The notes: generated by a model not told the origin, from the sequence alone. 64,000 nucleotides of DNA from Candidatus Micrarchaeia archaeon (GCA_041500865.1 JBGQMY010000001.1:18834-82833); one strand, 5' to 3'; positions 28,765 to 38,106 are shown, numbered from the stretch's first letter. Numbers and translations: made by a program.

Positions 28765-29469
28765 TCACCCCCCTATTTCCGTTGCCGGATACGTCTTGAA
28801 GATGCCCAAATTGAGTATGCCGTCTTTTGTCGTAACCGTTGAGTCGTATGACACTGCAAACTGGTTTGCTGGCGTGAATTTGACGTTTTTCACGCCATTG
28901 AGCTTGTAAAGCTCGCTTTCAATGAGCGGCGCATGGCCAGAACACGGAATGTCAACCCTTATTGTAAGCGTGCTCGGGGTTGTTTGAACGGCTGGCTGAG
29001 GCTGGGCCGTTGCCGGGATTTGGCATTCCGATGTCGCATTCAGGGGGCATAGGGACGCTGCAGCCGATACGCTAGCTGATGGCGCCGGTATCGCATTCGC
29101 CAATATCGGGAATATCACGAAGAAGAACAGCAGGTTGACCCCAATCGTGGTTCCGTACAGTACAGACAGGTATCCCTTGGCTCTTGCTATTCCCTGCGCT
29201 GAAAGCAGGCCCCTCTTGTTCAGGTAGATGGTTGCAGAGAGCGTTGCAAATGCAAACGACAGCAATATCAGCCCATAAAAGAGGTTCCTGTTCATGAGCA
29301 GCGGCTGGAACAGGGCGCTCATTGCCGTTGCGCCCACTATTGCAAATAGCACGAACGCAATGCACCCTGTATGCGGAATCAATCCGTAGATTATGCCCTC
29401 AAGCAGGCCGTTTGGCTTCCTTTCTTCGCTATCCTTTCCGGTTTCGCAGCACTTGTTTTTTTGTTCCAT
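28765..29469 (-). CDS. membrane protein of the copper locus with an N-terminal Cys-Cys pair and a C-terminal HMA-like domain
   Basis: N-terminal CCETG, 4-5 transmembrane segments, C-terminal beta-alpha region around IPCSGH. Possibly a MerT/CcdA-like metal handler. Confidence 0.45.
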   Translation of the reverse strand: MEQKNKCCETGKDSEERKPNGLLEGIIYGLIPHTGCIAFVLFAIVGATAMSALFQPLLMNRNLFYGLILLSFAFATLSATIYLNKRGLLSAQGIARAKGYLSVLYGTTIGVNLLFFFVIFPILANAIPAPSASVSAAASLCPLNATSECQIPATAQPQPAVQTTPSTLTIRVDIPCSGHAPLIESELYKLNGVKNVKFTPANQFAVSYDSTVTTKDGILNLGIFKTYPATEIGG

Positions 29470-29483
29470 GCCATTTTCCGCGA

Positions 29484-29563
29484 TGAAACGGGCTATTAAA
29501 TATTGTATGAAACTGGTTTCACAGGCGAAACGGCATATAAGCGTTTGTGCCTAACCGGTTTCA
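29484..29563 (-). promoter_or_regulatory. TGAAAC/GTTTCA palindromic half-sites flanking the TATA-like box of the copper-locus membrane gene
   Basis: TGAAACtgGTTTCA at 29508..29521, TGAAAC at 29484..29489, AACCGGTTTCA at 29553..29563, and a TATTAAATATT box at 29494..29504 about 27 nt upstream of the ATG at 29469. Confidence 0.35.
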
Positions 29564-30055
29564 TGCCTTGTGCTGGGGCGCCTTGAGGATTACGACGTTT
29601 GTCATGCCCCTCCTCTTGCGCTCTATCAGCCTGAGCCCCTCAAGCCTGTCCAGCAGCCGCGTGACCTTGACCTTCTGCATGCCGGTCTTGTCAACCAAAT
29701 CGGATTGGAACATGGCGCCTTCTGCCTCAATCAGCGTCCCGATTATGGCGTTTTCGTCTGCTGAAAGTATTTTCGTCACGCTTGCAAACTGCTCCTTTGT
29801 GGGCTTCTGCATGGGCTGGCCAGGCATGCCTTCCTTGAAGAAGAAGGCAAGATAGGCTCCGACAAGGAATATGAATGCCGTTATGCCAAGCGCCACCTTT
29901 GTCTGCGCGTCTATTGTTCCCCACATGGGGCAGGTAGACCCGTGAGAGCAAGACTCGTTGACTATGGCTGTTAGCGCGCTGTTGAATATGTACGTTATGA
30001 ACCCTATCAGGACAGCAACCCCTATCATGAGATAGCCGACATGTTTTGTTTCCAT
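29561..30055 (-). CDS. membrane-anchored winged-helix (MarR-like) transcriptional regulator with a CxxxxC motif
   Basis: Two N-terminal transmembrane helices bracket the sequence CSHGSTCPMWG. The C-terminal winged-helix region reads DLVDKTGMQKVKVTRLLDRLEGLRLIERKRRG. Confidence 0.6.
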   Translation of the reverse strand: METKHVGYLMIGVAVLIGFITYIFNSALTAIVNESCSHGSTCPMWGTIDAQTKVALGITAFIFLVGAYLAFFFKEGMPGQPMQKPTKEQFASVTKILSADENAIIGTLIEAEGAMFQSDLVDKTGMQKVKVTRLLDRLEGLRLIERKRRGMTNVVILKAPQHKA

Positions 30056-30100
30056 GCTCTTCTTTGGAATCAGGGATTTAAAAGGATGTTCTTCTGTAAA

Positions 30101-30973
30101 TCAGGGCGGCAGCCCTGCGCCTTCGCCAAAGCCATACATGATGTTCATGTTCTGCACTGCCTGGCCTGCGGCGCCTTTCATCAGGTTGTCGAGCACGGAA
30201 TGGATCAGAACTTCGCTGCCCTGCTGCCACACATGGATTTCGCAATTGTTGGTGCCTATCAGCGGGTGGGTCTCGACTGTGCTTTCCATCTTTGCCAAGC
30301 GAATTACATTGATGAAACGCTCGCGCATGTAGAACATCTCCAACGCGTTTGCGGCGTCAATCTCCTGTTTCAGCTGCGCATAAATTGTTGAGATGATGCC
30401 GCGGTCTATGTTTTCTATCACTCTCGGGGCAAACAGGATGCCCGTTAACCCAAGCTCCTTTTCCATTTCCGGCACATGGTCGTGCCCCTTTCCTGTCTTG
30501 TATGCCTTGATGTTTCCTATTGGCTTGGGATACTCGCCTGCCCCGGATATGCCAGAATCTGCGACTACAACTGCGCGTTCCACAACGCTTATTATTGGCA
30601 ATAAGCCGGATATCACGCTTGTTGCATAGCAGCCTGGATTGGATACCAGCTTAGCCGTCTTGATTTTTTGCCTGTTCTTCTCAGGGAGGCCATACACGGC
30701 GTCCTTGTCAAGGCGGTATGCCCTGCTGAGGTCAATCACTCTTTTTCCTGCCTTGATTAGCTCAGGCGCCTTTTGCAAGGATATCTGTGAAGGCAGTGCA
30801 AGGAACATCAGCTCTGTTTCATATCTGCTTCCTGTGCTTTTCTTGCTGGATTCGGTGTAGGCCAATTCAACAAGCGGATGGCAGGACAGCAATTCCTCAA
30901 GCACCTGTCCGCTCCTGCCGGTGTTGCCGGTTATGCCTACTTTGGGCTTTTTCCTGACTGTGTTTTGAGCCAT
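30101..30973 (-). CDS. N-acetyl-gamma-glutamyl-phosphate reductase-like semialdehyde dehydrogenase (ArgC/LysY family)
   Basis: N-terminal GITGNTGRSG NAD-binding motif and the catalytic SNPGCYATS motif. Shorter than typical ArgC at 290 aa. Confidence 0.55.
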   Translation of the reverse strand: MAQNTVRKKPKVGITGNTGRSGQVLEELLSCHPLVELAYTESSKKSTGSRYETELMFLALPSQISLQKAPELIKAGKRVIDLSRAYRLDKDAVYGLPEKNRQKIKTAKLVSNPGCYATSVISGLLPIISVVERAVVVADSGISGAGEYPKPIGNIKAYKTGKGHDHVPEMEKELGLTGILFAPRVIENIDRGIISTIYAQLKQEIDAANALEMFYMRERFINVIRLAKMESTVETHPLIGTNNCEIHVWQQGSEVLIHSVLDNLMKGAAGQAVQNMNIMYGFGEGAGLPP

Positions 30974-31021
30974 GGGTTTTTGTTATAGTTTAAGTTTAAA
31001 AAAGTATTCTTATCTCCAGCA

Positions 31022-31816
31022 TTACCTAAGATATGACCCTATGGGAGACGAGACACAGCCCAGAAACTCTTCAACGAACGGCCTTATTGTGTTTTTATTG
31101 AGAACATTGCGCACCTCCTTTTTTTCAAGGAATGTGTTCAGGAAGTTTATCTTGGCTGAGCTGTATTCCCATCCTTGTTTGTGCGCTCTGCGGAATGCAT
31201 CAAAAATAGATGTTCCAAGGCTTTCTTGGGAGCAGTCTGCGCCGTGGGATACGAGCATCGACACCATGGGCATCGACACATCAATTCTGCTGTTGCTTAT
31301 TGCCCAAAGCAACGGACGGTCTCCAAGGTTGGGGTTTGCGCCGGCCTCAAGAAGGGCGCTGGCGTTGTCCAGGCAGCCATTTTGTACGGCTAATGCAAGG
31401 GCCGTTTTTCCGGCACCGCACATTGCGTCCTTGTTTGCGCCGCATCCGATAAGGCACTTGACCACAAGCGTGTTTACTGACATGGAAGCGCTCATCAGCG
31501 GCGTGATGCCATCTTCGATGCTCATATTTACATCCGCCCCGTGCCTAACCAGGAGCGCACATATGTCAGGAAGCGGCTTTTGAACAGCCCTTGCAAGCGG
31601 CGTTGCCCCATATTCATCCCTTGCGTTGGGGTCTGTGCCAGCCTCAAGGCACGCCCTTGCGCCTTCATAATCGTCATTCTTTATTGTTCTGAACAGGCGG
31701 CTTGACTGTTCGGTTTTGAGGCTGTCAAGAATAAGCTCCCTTCCCCTGATTATGTCCTTCATTGGAACCGGGAGATTGGGGGTTTGCACTATGACCCTAA
31801 ACGACTTTTCTGCCAT
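31022..31816 (-). CDS. ankyrin-repeat protein with C-terminal FVEEFLGCVSS motif
   Basis: At least five ankyrin repeats. The internal start (MAEKSF) is preferred because the upstream extension is not protein-like. Confidence 0.75.
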   Translation of the reverse strand: MAEKSFRVIVQTPNLPVPMKDIIRGRELILDSLKTEQSSRLFRTIKNDDYEGARACLEAGTDPNARDEYGATPLARAVQKPLPDICALLVRHGADVNMSIEDGITPLMSASMSVNTLVVKCLIGCGANKDAMCGAGKTALALAVQNGCLDNASALLEAGANPNLGDRPLLWAISNSRIDVSMPMVSMLVSHGADCSQESLGTSIFDAFRRAHKQGWEYSSAKINFLNTFLEKKEVRNVLNKNTIRPFVEEFLGCVSSPIGSYLR

Positions 31817-31876
31817 TTTAACCGTTTGTTTTCGTGGTTGAAAGAGTTTATAATACCTTTCATGGAAAACCAATGC

Positions 31877-32812
31877 ATGAAAGAGAGGGAAAAGCCTGCC
31901 AAAATCCAGAAAAAGGTCCGCGGACGGGTAATCCGGCCAATGTACATGCTTGAATCCAAAAGGGGGCGGGAACTGTATATCCGGCTCCATGACGCGCTTG
32001 TTGGGGTGCCGGGACATCCGGATTGGGAGAAGGCAAGGCAAGCCATCAACGCAGGGGCGGATGTTGAATGCGTCCTGAATGAGCTGTTCAAGACTCCGCT
32101 TATATGCGCTGCCATTTACGGCAATGCGGAGACATGCGCCCTTTTACTGAACAAAGGGGCAGAGATTGATGCCGTTGACAGTGACGGAAGCACTGCATTG
32201 ACATCGGCTGCCATCATGGGAGGGCTTGAGGTTTGCAGGCTTCTGATAAGGAAGGGCGCGAACGTGAATGCAGAGAACGGACATAGCACTGCCCCGCTTG
32301 CGTATGCGGCATCAGGCGGCTGGACGGAGATTTGCAGATTGCTTGTCTCAAAGGGAGCGGATATCAACAATGCCAATATTCTGGGATATACCGCACTCAT
32401 GTCTGCGGCAAAGCAGGGCAAGGCAGAGACGTGCAGGGCTTTGCTGGACATGGGCGCCGACATGGATATGGCAGACAATAGTAACAATACAGCGCCTGAG
32501 CATGCCGCAAGGGAAGGAAACCCGGAAACGTGCAAGGTATTTTTGGAAAGAGGATTAGATATCAATGCAAAACGCTATGAGTCGAGCCTGCTCATGTGCG
32601 CCGCAGACAGCGGAAACATGAAAACCTGCGTGTTCCTGCTTGAGAACGGCGCAGATGTGTCCTCAACAGATGGTCCTGGCCACACGGCGGCGTACATGGC
32701 ACAGGCCAATAACCACAATGCAGTATCGGGATTCCTCAAGCTTATGGAATCGCTTGGCGATGATTCGATAATGCCGTTCCTTTCGGAGTTCAGGGCATGC
32801 GTAAGCCAGTAA
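31877..32812 (+). CDS. ankyrin-repeat protein ending in FLSEFRACVSQ
   Basis: Eight ankyrin repeats. A GTTTATAATA box at about 31845..31854 supports a leaderless start at MKEREKP. Confidence 0.8.
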   Translation: MKEREKPAKIQKKVRGRVIRPMYMLESKRGRELYIRLHDALVGVPGHPDWEKARQAINAGADVECVLNELFKTPLICAAIYGNAETCALLLNKGAEIDAVDSDGSTALTSAAIMGGLEVCRLLIRKGANVNAENGHSTAPLAYAASGGWTEICRLLVSKGADINNANILGYTALMSAAKQGKAETCRALLDMGADMDMADNSNNTAPEHAAREGNPETCKVFLERGLDINAKRYESSLLMCAADSGNMKTCVFLLENGADVSSTDGPGHTAAYMAQANNHNAVSGFLKLMESLGDDSIMPFLSEFRACVSQ

Positions 32813-32842
32813 TATTTAAACCTTTATCATCAAACCCAAACC

Positions 32843-33436
32843 ATGATTGCGGACAGGCTCAGGGACTGGCTTAATGTGAAGCTGTTTTTTCCCATAGGCA
32901 AAATGCTTTATTTCCTTGATCCTAATCTTATGACTGCGCTGGCATATCCGCTTTGCGCGATTGCCGGATATTTCGTTTATGCAAAAGACTATCCGCTTGC
33001 GCTTGTTTTTGTCGTCCTTTCGTCCATTGTCGACAACCTTGACGGAGCGATAGCGAAGGCGAACAACAAAAAGACGTCGTTCGGCTCTTATTTTGACGCG
33101 ATGACGGACAGGATACAGGAATTCTTCATACTTCTGGGTTTTGCGCTTTCCGGCTATGCGGTTGAGGCGTTCGTTGCGATTGCGGCAAGTTTCATGGTGA
33201 GCTACGCGAAGGCCCGCGCGGAAATGATTAAGCCGCTCGGCAACATGGACTGGCCGTCAATCGGCGAAAGGGCGGAGAGGCTGATAATAGTGATGCTGGC
33301 GATGTTGGCCGCGATATTCTACCCGGTCGTTTATGGATACAATACAATAAGCGCAGGGCTGTGGATACTGGCGATTGTCGCGTTCATAGGGACGGTGCAG
33401 AGGTTCTTCTTCGCGAAGCAACTGCTTTCAAAATGA
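32843..33436 (+). CDS. CDP-alcohol phosphatidyltransferase family protein
   Basis: Signature D-x2-DG-x2-AR-x8-G-x3-D-x3-D (DNLDGAIAKANNKKTSFGSYFDAMTDRIQE) in a multi-transmembrane protein. Confidence 0.75.
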   Translation: MIADRLRDWLNVKLFFPIGKMLYFLDPNLMTALAYPLCAIAGYFVYAKDYPLALVFVVLSSIVDNLDGAIAKANNKKTSFGSYFDAMTDRIQEFFILLGFALSGYAVEAFVAIAASFMVSYAKARAEMIKPLGNMDWPSIGERAERLIIVMLAMLAAIFYPVVYGYNTISAGLWILAIVAFIGTVQRFFFAKQLLSK

Positions 33437-34117
33437 GACGCATTCCAGGAAATTCATTCCGAACGCCTTTGCGGCGTATTCTGGGAGTATGTTGTGCAGC
33501 TTAACGAAACGTATCATATAATGTCTTGCGTCCTTTCCGATTGCCAGATCCCACGCGCTATAACTGTCAACATCCCTCTTTATGTTCGGGTCGGCGCCTG
33601 CAGCAAGCAGAACCATTGCCGCGTTAATCATAGTCATGCGATCTAAAGAACTTCCGGCAACGGCTTCGTGGAGCGGGGTGCTGCCGTATCTGTCAGTCGC
33701 ATTAACATTTGCTCCTTTGGTTATCAAGATGCTGCATATATCTGCGCATCCAGACCCTGCGGCAAGGTGCAGTGCTGTACTGCCACGGCTAGTCTTTGCG
33801 GTAATGAACCGCTTTACGCCTCCATTTGATTTTGCGCATTGTTCTATAAGCAGTGCGCAGGTTTGGTAATATCTCTTATTTGCAGCAAGATGCAGGGCAG
33901 TCCAGCCTGTATCGTCCTTTGCTGTGATGTTTGCGCCTTTCCTTATGAGCTTCACTATTTCCTCGTTGTTGCCGTTCCACGCGGCGCTGCGAAGCGCTTT
34001 ATTGAGCCGCCTCTGCTCTTTTGTGGATAATATGATCATTTCGCTCGGCAGTATGTCCATTGCCAGCCTTGGGCTTGAAGGCAGAATCTGTTTGATTTGG
34101 CTTTTTTCCTGCGCCAT
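33428..34117 (-). CDS. ankyrin-repeat protein, array member 4, ending in FGMNFLECVSF
   Basis: Ankyrin repeats. The start ATG directly follows the TAG of the upstream array gene. Confidence 0.8.
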   Translation of the reverse strand: MAQEKSQIKQILPSSPRLAMDILPSEMIILSTKEQRRLNKALRSAAWNGNNEEIVKLIRKGANITAKDDTGWTALHLAANKRYYQTCALLIEQCAKSNGGVKRFITAKTSRGSTALHLAAGSGCADICSILITKGANVNATDRYGSTPLHEAVAGSSLDRMTMINAAMVLLAAGADPNIKRDVDSYSAWDLAIGKDARHYMIRFVKLHNILPEYAAKAFGMNFLECVSF

Positions 34118-34684
34118 CTAGCCACCGCCCGATATGCATCCCTTGAATCCGGAAAGGAATTCCTTGAGGGATTTATTTCCAATCAGTTGCTGCAAAAACT
34201 CCATATTTTCAAGAAATAGGGCTGTGGCGGTGCTTTTCTGCTCTAGGGCAATCATGCGCGCAGTCCTTTTGAGATTGTCCCTTGCGCCGACATTTGCGCC
34301 TTTTTCAATCAGCAGTTTGCAGATTTTCGTATGGCCCTTGTATGCGGCAACCATGAGCGCGGTCCAGTTGTAGCTGGTCTTTGCCTCGATATCCGCGCCA
34401 TTTTCAATCAGGAGGGTGCAGATATCAAACTGCTCCTGTATTGCGGCCTTCATGAGCGCAGTAATCTCCTTAAGCGCATCCCTTGCGTTCGGGTTTGCGC
34501 CTTTGCCCAACAGAATCTTGACATCTTTTATCCGACCATACCTGACTTTCTGGAAAAGATCATCATTCAGCTGCTCTTGCGTCATTTCGCCAAACATAAT
34601 CCCATCTATTGCATACTTATGCTTGACAAGCCTTGGCTTCTCTTGTACGGGCATATCCTTCGGGAGATTCTTTAGCTGCGCCAT
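34118..34684 (-). CDS. ankyrin-repeat protein, array member 3, ending in FLSGFKGCISGGG
   Basis: Ankyrin repeats. N-terminal MAQLKN...EKPRL. Confidence 0.8.
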   Translation of the reverse strand: MAQLKNLPKDMPVQEKPRLVKHKYAIDGIMFGEMTQEQLNDDLFQKVRYGRIKDVKILLGKGANPNARDALKEITALMKAAIQEQFDICTLLIENGADIEAKTSYNWTALMVAAYKGHTKICKLLIEKGANVGARDNLKRTARMIALEQKSTATALFLENMEFLQQLIGNKSLKEFLSGFKGCISGGG

Positions 34685-35233
34685 TCAGGCACCGCCCCAT
34701 ATGCAATCCAGGAAGCTCTTTCCGAACGGGATTGTGTTACTGCCAATCAGCTCTTTTGTGTCCTCAAAATGGACGAGCGCAAGCCTCATCTTTCCCCTTC
34801 CGTTGGCAAAGTCCCATGCGTTGTTCGCCTCGCGGCTGCAAGTTTCGTAGATGTCGGGGTCTGCCCCATGGAAAACCAGCAGCAACGAGGCATCATAGTG
34901 GTTGTTGATTATGGCAGCCATAAGCGCATTGTAGCCATTGCTGTCCTGCTGGTTGGCGTTTGCCCCGTTTTTGAGAAGAATCCTGCATATGTCCGTACAG
35001 CCCTTGGAGGCGGCGATGGAAAGCATTGGCTGACGCTGAAACGGCTTGCCATTGGACTTTGTATTAGGGTTTGCGCCTTCCTTGATGCATCTGGAGACAA
35101 GGGAAACGTCCCCGGTCTTTACGGCATATTCAAGCGAATAATCCGCCAGGTCCTGCTTATCAGAATCAGTTGTTTTGAGCTTGGCAAGGTTTGGCTTCTT
35201 TTGCTGGTCTTTTTCCTGCTTTTGGAGCTGCAT
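34685..35233 (-). CDS. ankyrin-repeat protein, array member 2, ending in FGKSFLDCIWGGA
   Basis: Ankyrin repeats. Confidence 0.8.
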   Translation of the reverse strand: MQLQKQEKDQQKKPNLAKLKTTDSDKQDLADYSLEYAVKTGDVSLVSRCIKEGANPNTKSNGKPFQRQPMLSIAASKGCTDICRILLKNGANANQQDSNGYNALMAAIINNHYDASLLLVFHGADPDIYETCSREANNAWDFANGRGKMRLALVHFEDTKELIGSNTIPFGKSFLDCIWGGA

Positions 35234-35893
35234 TCAGGCACCACCCACGCATTCGCGGAAGGATTTCGTGAATGAAACCATTCCCTCTTGCCCTAGGGAC
35301 CTGCGCATGCGGTTAAAGAAAATCAGCAAACCTGCGACTTCGGGATGTTCGGCCCATACTGCCCTGCGCCAAGGCGCCCAGCCTTTTTTGTCCTTTGCTG
35401 TCATGTCGGCGCCGTTTTCAATCAGCAATGCGCATACGTCAATGTGCCCGGCCCAGGCTGCGCAATGGAGCGGCGTGTTGCCATCTTCGTCCTTTGCATT
35501 GACATCCGCTCCTTTGCTTATCAAAATGGCGCAGGCGCGGGCGTTTCCGCCGTTTGCGGCATGGTGCAGGGCCGCACTGCCGTGATTGTCCTTTAGCTCC
35601 ATGTCAGCGCCGTTTTCAATAAGCGCTGAACAGGCTTCCGGGGTGCCGTGCTTTATCGCATAATGCAGCGGCGTCTGGCCGTCCTTGTCCGTAGCATTGA
35701 CATTTGCTCCGTCATGAATGCTTTGCTGGATTCGTTCAATATCTCCATCAAGTGCGCCATTGAACAGCGCATTGGTCCTAAGAAGCTGGCCGTAGTCCTG
35801 CGGCTTTGGGCTTTTTTCCAGCAATGTTTCATCAGGCAGCCTGGGCTTCTGGGGCTGGGAACCGCTTTTTCCTGCTTTCCGGCTTTCCTGCAT
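35234..35893 (-). CDS. ankyrin-repeat protein, array member 1, ending in FTKSFRECVGGA
   Basis: Ankyrin repeats. N-terminal ...QKPRLP. A TATA-like box lies about 27 nt upstream, at roughly 35914..35925. Confidence 0.8.
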   Translation of the reverse strand: MQESRKAGKSGSQPQKPRLPDETLLEKSPKPQDYGQLLRTNALFNGALDGDIERIQQSIHDGANVNATDKDGQTPLHYAIKHGTPEACSALIENGADMELKDNHGSAALHHAANGGNARACAILISKGADVNAKDEDGNTPLHCAAWAGHIDVCALLIENGADMTAKDKKGWAPWRRAVWAEHPEVAGLLIFFNRMRRSLGQEGMVSFTKSFRECVGGA

Positions 35894-35933
35894 GCTTCCG
35901 CTTATTGCAACAGACCTGTTAAAAACCTATCCG

Positions 35934-35954
35934 GCACAGCCAAGTCGGCTGTGC
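35934..35954. promoter_or_regulatory. perfect 8-bp inverted repeat (GCACAGCC-aagtc-GGCTGTGC) between two divergent TATA-like boxes
   Basis: Lies between the promoter of the ankyrin array on the minus strand and the promoter of the 35995 ankyrin gene on the plus strand. Confidence 0.3.
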
Positions 35955-35994
35955 AAAAAGCTTAAAAAACCTTACAGATATATAGTAATTTTTA

Positions 35995-36588
35995 ATGGCC
36001 AATGAAACTTTCGCAAGAGGGGCGGAAAGGCCCGGAAACAGAACGCTTTCTTATGGCAAGGAACCTCTTTTTGACAGCCAAACGAAGCGCTGGCAGGATA
36101 GCGCGCTCCTAGTAGCAGTGCGCAACAGGAGCGTGGAAAGCGCGCTAATGGCAATAGACAAAGGCGCAAGCATAGACACAAAGGACATAAGCGGCAGCAC
36201 TGCGCTGATGATAGCGGCTGAAAGCGGTGATGCGGCTATGTGCAGGGCTCTTCTGTGCAAAGGGGCCGACATTGAGGCAAGGATGATAAACACCGATATC
36301 GGGCTCGGGACGTGCGAAACCGCGCTGATAACTTCGGCAAAGCACGGCAAAAAAGACGTTTGCATCCTTTTGCTGGAAAAAGGCGCAGACCCAAACGCAA
36401 AAGACAGGTACAAGACAACTGCGCTCATGTATGCTGCGCAGTTGGGGCATCCGGACGTTTGCACGGCCCTGCTGGAGCATGGGGCGGACCCGCGCCTAAA
36501 GGACGTGAACTTAATGACTGCGCTCCAGCTTTCAAGGAATGGCGCAAGCGAGGCCATACAGGAATACCTTGCCCATTTTAAAGTGTAA
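35995..36588 (+). CDS. ankyrin-repeat protein without the Cys-containing tail
   Basis: Five ankyrin repeats. Ends in ...EYLAHFKV. Confidence 0.8.
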   Translation: MANETFARGAERPGNRTLSYGKEPLFDSQTKRWQDSALLVAVRNRSVESALMAIDKGASIDTKDISGSTALMIAAESGDAAMCRALLCKGADIEARMINTDIGLGTCETALITSAKHGKKDVCILLLEKGADPNAKDRYKTTALMYAAQLGHPDVCTALLEHGADPRLKDVNLMTALQLSRNGASEAIQEYLAHFKV

Positions 36589-36630
36589 TCTGTGTTTAAA
36601 CGTGTATTTTTAAGTATTTCCTTTGATATT

Positions 36631-38058
36631 ATGGCTGTGCAAACGATAACCAAGGAAAAAAGCGTGCCCGCAAGGAGGATGGACCTTTCCAGATTCAAAC
36701 CAGACACAAAAAGGATAGAAAAGGAATGGGACCACCACGGCAGCTACCAGTGGACATATTTCGTTGAGGAGCAGAAACGACTCATTAATTTTTTCCTGTC
36801 AGAAAGGGCAGGCCCAAGGAACCTGGAAATCGGCGGGGGCTGGTACCAGTCATACCCAGGCTCAACCGCCATAGACGTATCAGCAGTATGCCTGGAATAC
36901 AACGAGGCGCGGAAAAAGGTGCAATATGACCTGGATTATGTAGCTGCCGGCTGCACGCTGCCGTTCAAGGACCGTTCGTTTGACTCCGCAACCATGATAA
37001 GCGTCTGGCAATACCTCCAAGACCCTGTTGCATTGCTGAAGGAGCTGGAAAGGGTGCTTGCGCCGGGCGGCGAGGTCTATGTCATCAACGGCCAGGGGGG
37101 AGGCGTGGAAGGGCTTGTGAAAAGCGCGTCAAGGTCTGAATCGATATTGGAAACGGCAATGCGATGCGGGTACGACGCAATGCTGCAAACCATCCCGACA
37201 ATGGATGGCGAGAGGGACACGTTCAAGTCTGTGTGCATCGCAATGCCGGACAGCACGCTGTTCGGCAAAAAATCGCAGATAATTGACAAAAGCAAAAGGG
37301 CAAGGAGATTGGGCAGCCCAGGGGAATTCCTTGAAAGATACGCGGAATGGGAACTTGAAAAAATCATGGGAAAGCTTTGGCAGCTTAGGACGTACCCGGT
37401 AACTGAATATTCTCGGCATTACCTTGAAGCGTGCGAGAATGCAAGCCAAGCGTTCAGCAAGAAAGCAGGAAGGTTCCCTGTCCTTTATTCGGAATCGCAC
37501 CAGGTCGAGATTGACATGTACGTCAAAGGCGGGTTCATAATGAGCCACGAGCTGATGATGGATGGTGTTTCCAACAAGGAGCCATTCAATGATTTTGCAA
37601 AACCGTTTGGGATTGGGTTCAGCGGATACTACGGCAGTTCTGTCAGCGATTACATCAAAAGGCACTTGGAAGGGAAGAACATCCTCCCGGAGATTCGCTC
37701 TGATTGGGGAAGGACGCGGGAAAGGGACGGCGCAATCTATAGCCTTGCAAGCTTCATCGTGTCAATACCGTTGAACAGCCATACGAAAAGCCTGCAGCAG
37801 TCCTTGCTTGAAAAGCTGGAGAAGGAGGCACCTAATGCAAAGGATGTGGTTGCTAGGGCAACGGCCAGGCGCCTGTATTCGTTATGCTACGAATACAAGC
37901 AAAGGAGGGGCATTGACAAGCTCATAAAAAGGAAAAGCGAACTAGGGGGAATGGAAGTAATCAAAGAGGCGGCCCTTGACATTGAAAAGGAGTTTCCCTA
38001 CTTCAGGAACTTCATTTTGGAGATTCCCATGGCTTGCGACGATTCCGGCATGGATTGA
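36631..38058 (+). CDS. SAM-dependent methyltransferase domain protein with a roughly 300-aa C-terminal domain of unknown function
   Basis: Motif I LEIGGGWY with DxxxxA downstream. The internal ATG at 36631 is preferred. Confidence 0.55.
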   Translation: MAVQTITKEKSVPARRMDLSRFKPDTKRIEKEWDHHGSYQWTYFVEEQKRLINFFLSERAGPRNLEIGGGWYQSYPGSTAIDVSAVCLEYNEARKKVQYDLDYVAAGCTLPFKDRSFDSATMISVWQYLQDPVALLKELERVLAPGGEVYVINGQGGGVEGLVKSASRSESILETAMRCGYDAMLQTIPTMDGERDTFKSVCIAMPDSTLFGKKSQIIDKSKRARRLGSPGEFLERYAEWELEKIMGKLWQLRTYPVTEYSRHYLEACENASQAFSKKAGRFPVLYSESHQVEIDMYVKGGFIMSHELMMDGVSNKEPFNDFAKPFGIGFSGYYGSSVSDYIKRHLEGKNILPEIRSDWGRTRERDGAIYSLASFIVSIPLNSHTKSLQQSLLEKLEKEAPNAKDVVARATARRLYSLCYEYKQRRGIDKLIKRKSELGGMEVIKEAALDIEKEFPYFRNFILEIPMACDDSGMD

Positions 38059-38106
38059 AAAAAGGCGATTGGCTTGCTTTTAAAAGCCAATGACTAAAAT
38101 GATTTC

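Noticed and set aside
36051-36707. 218-aa minus-strand ORF overlapping the 35995 ankyrin gene
   Set aside because: It is antisense to clear ankyrin repeats. It has no ankyrin or other motif.
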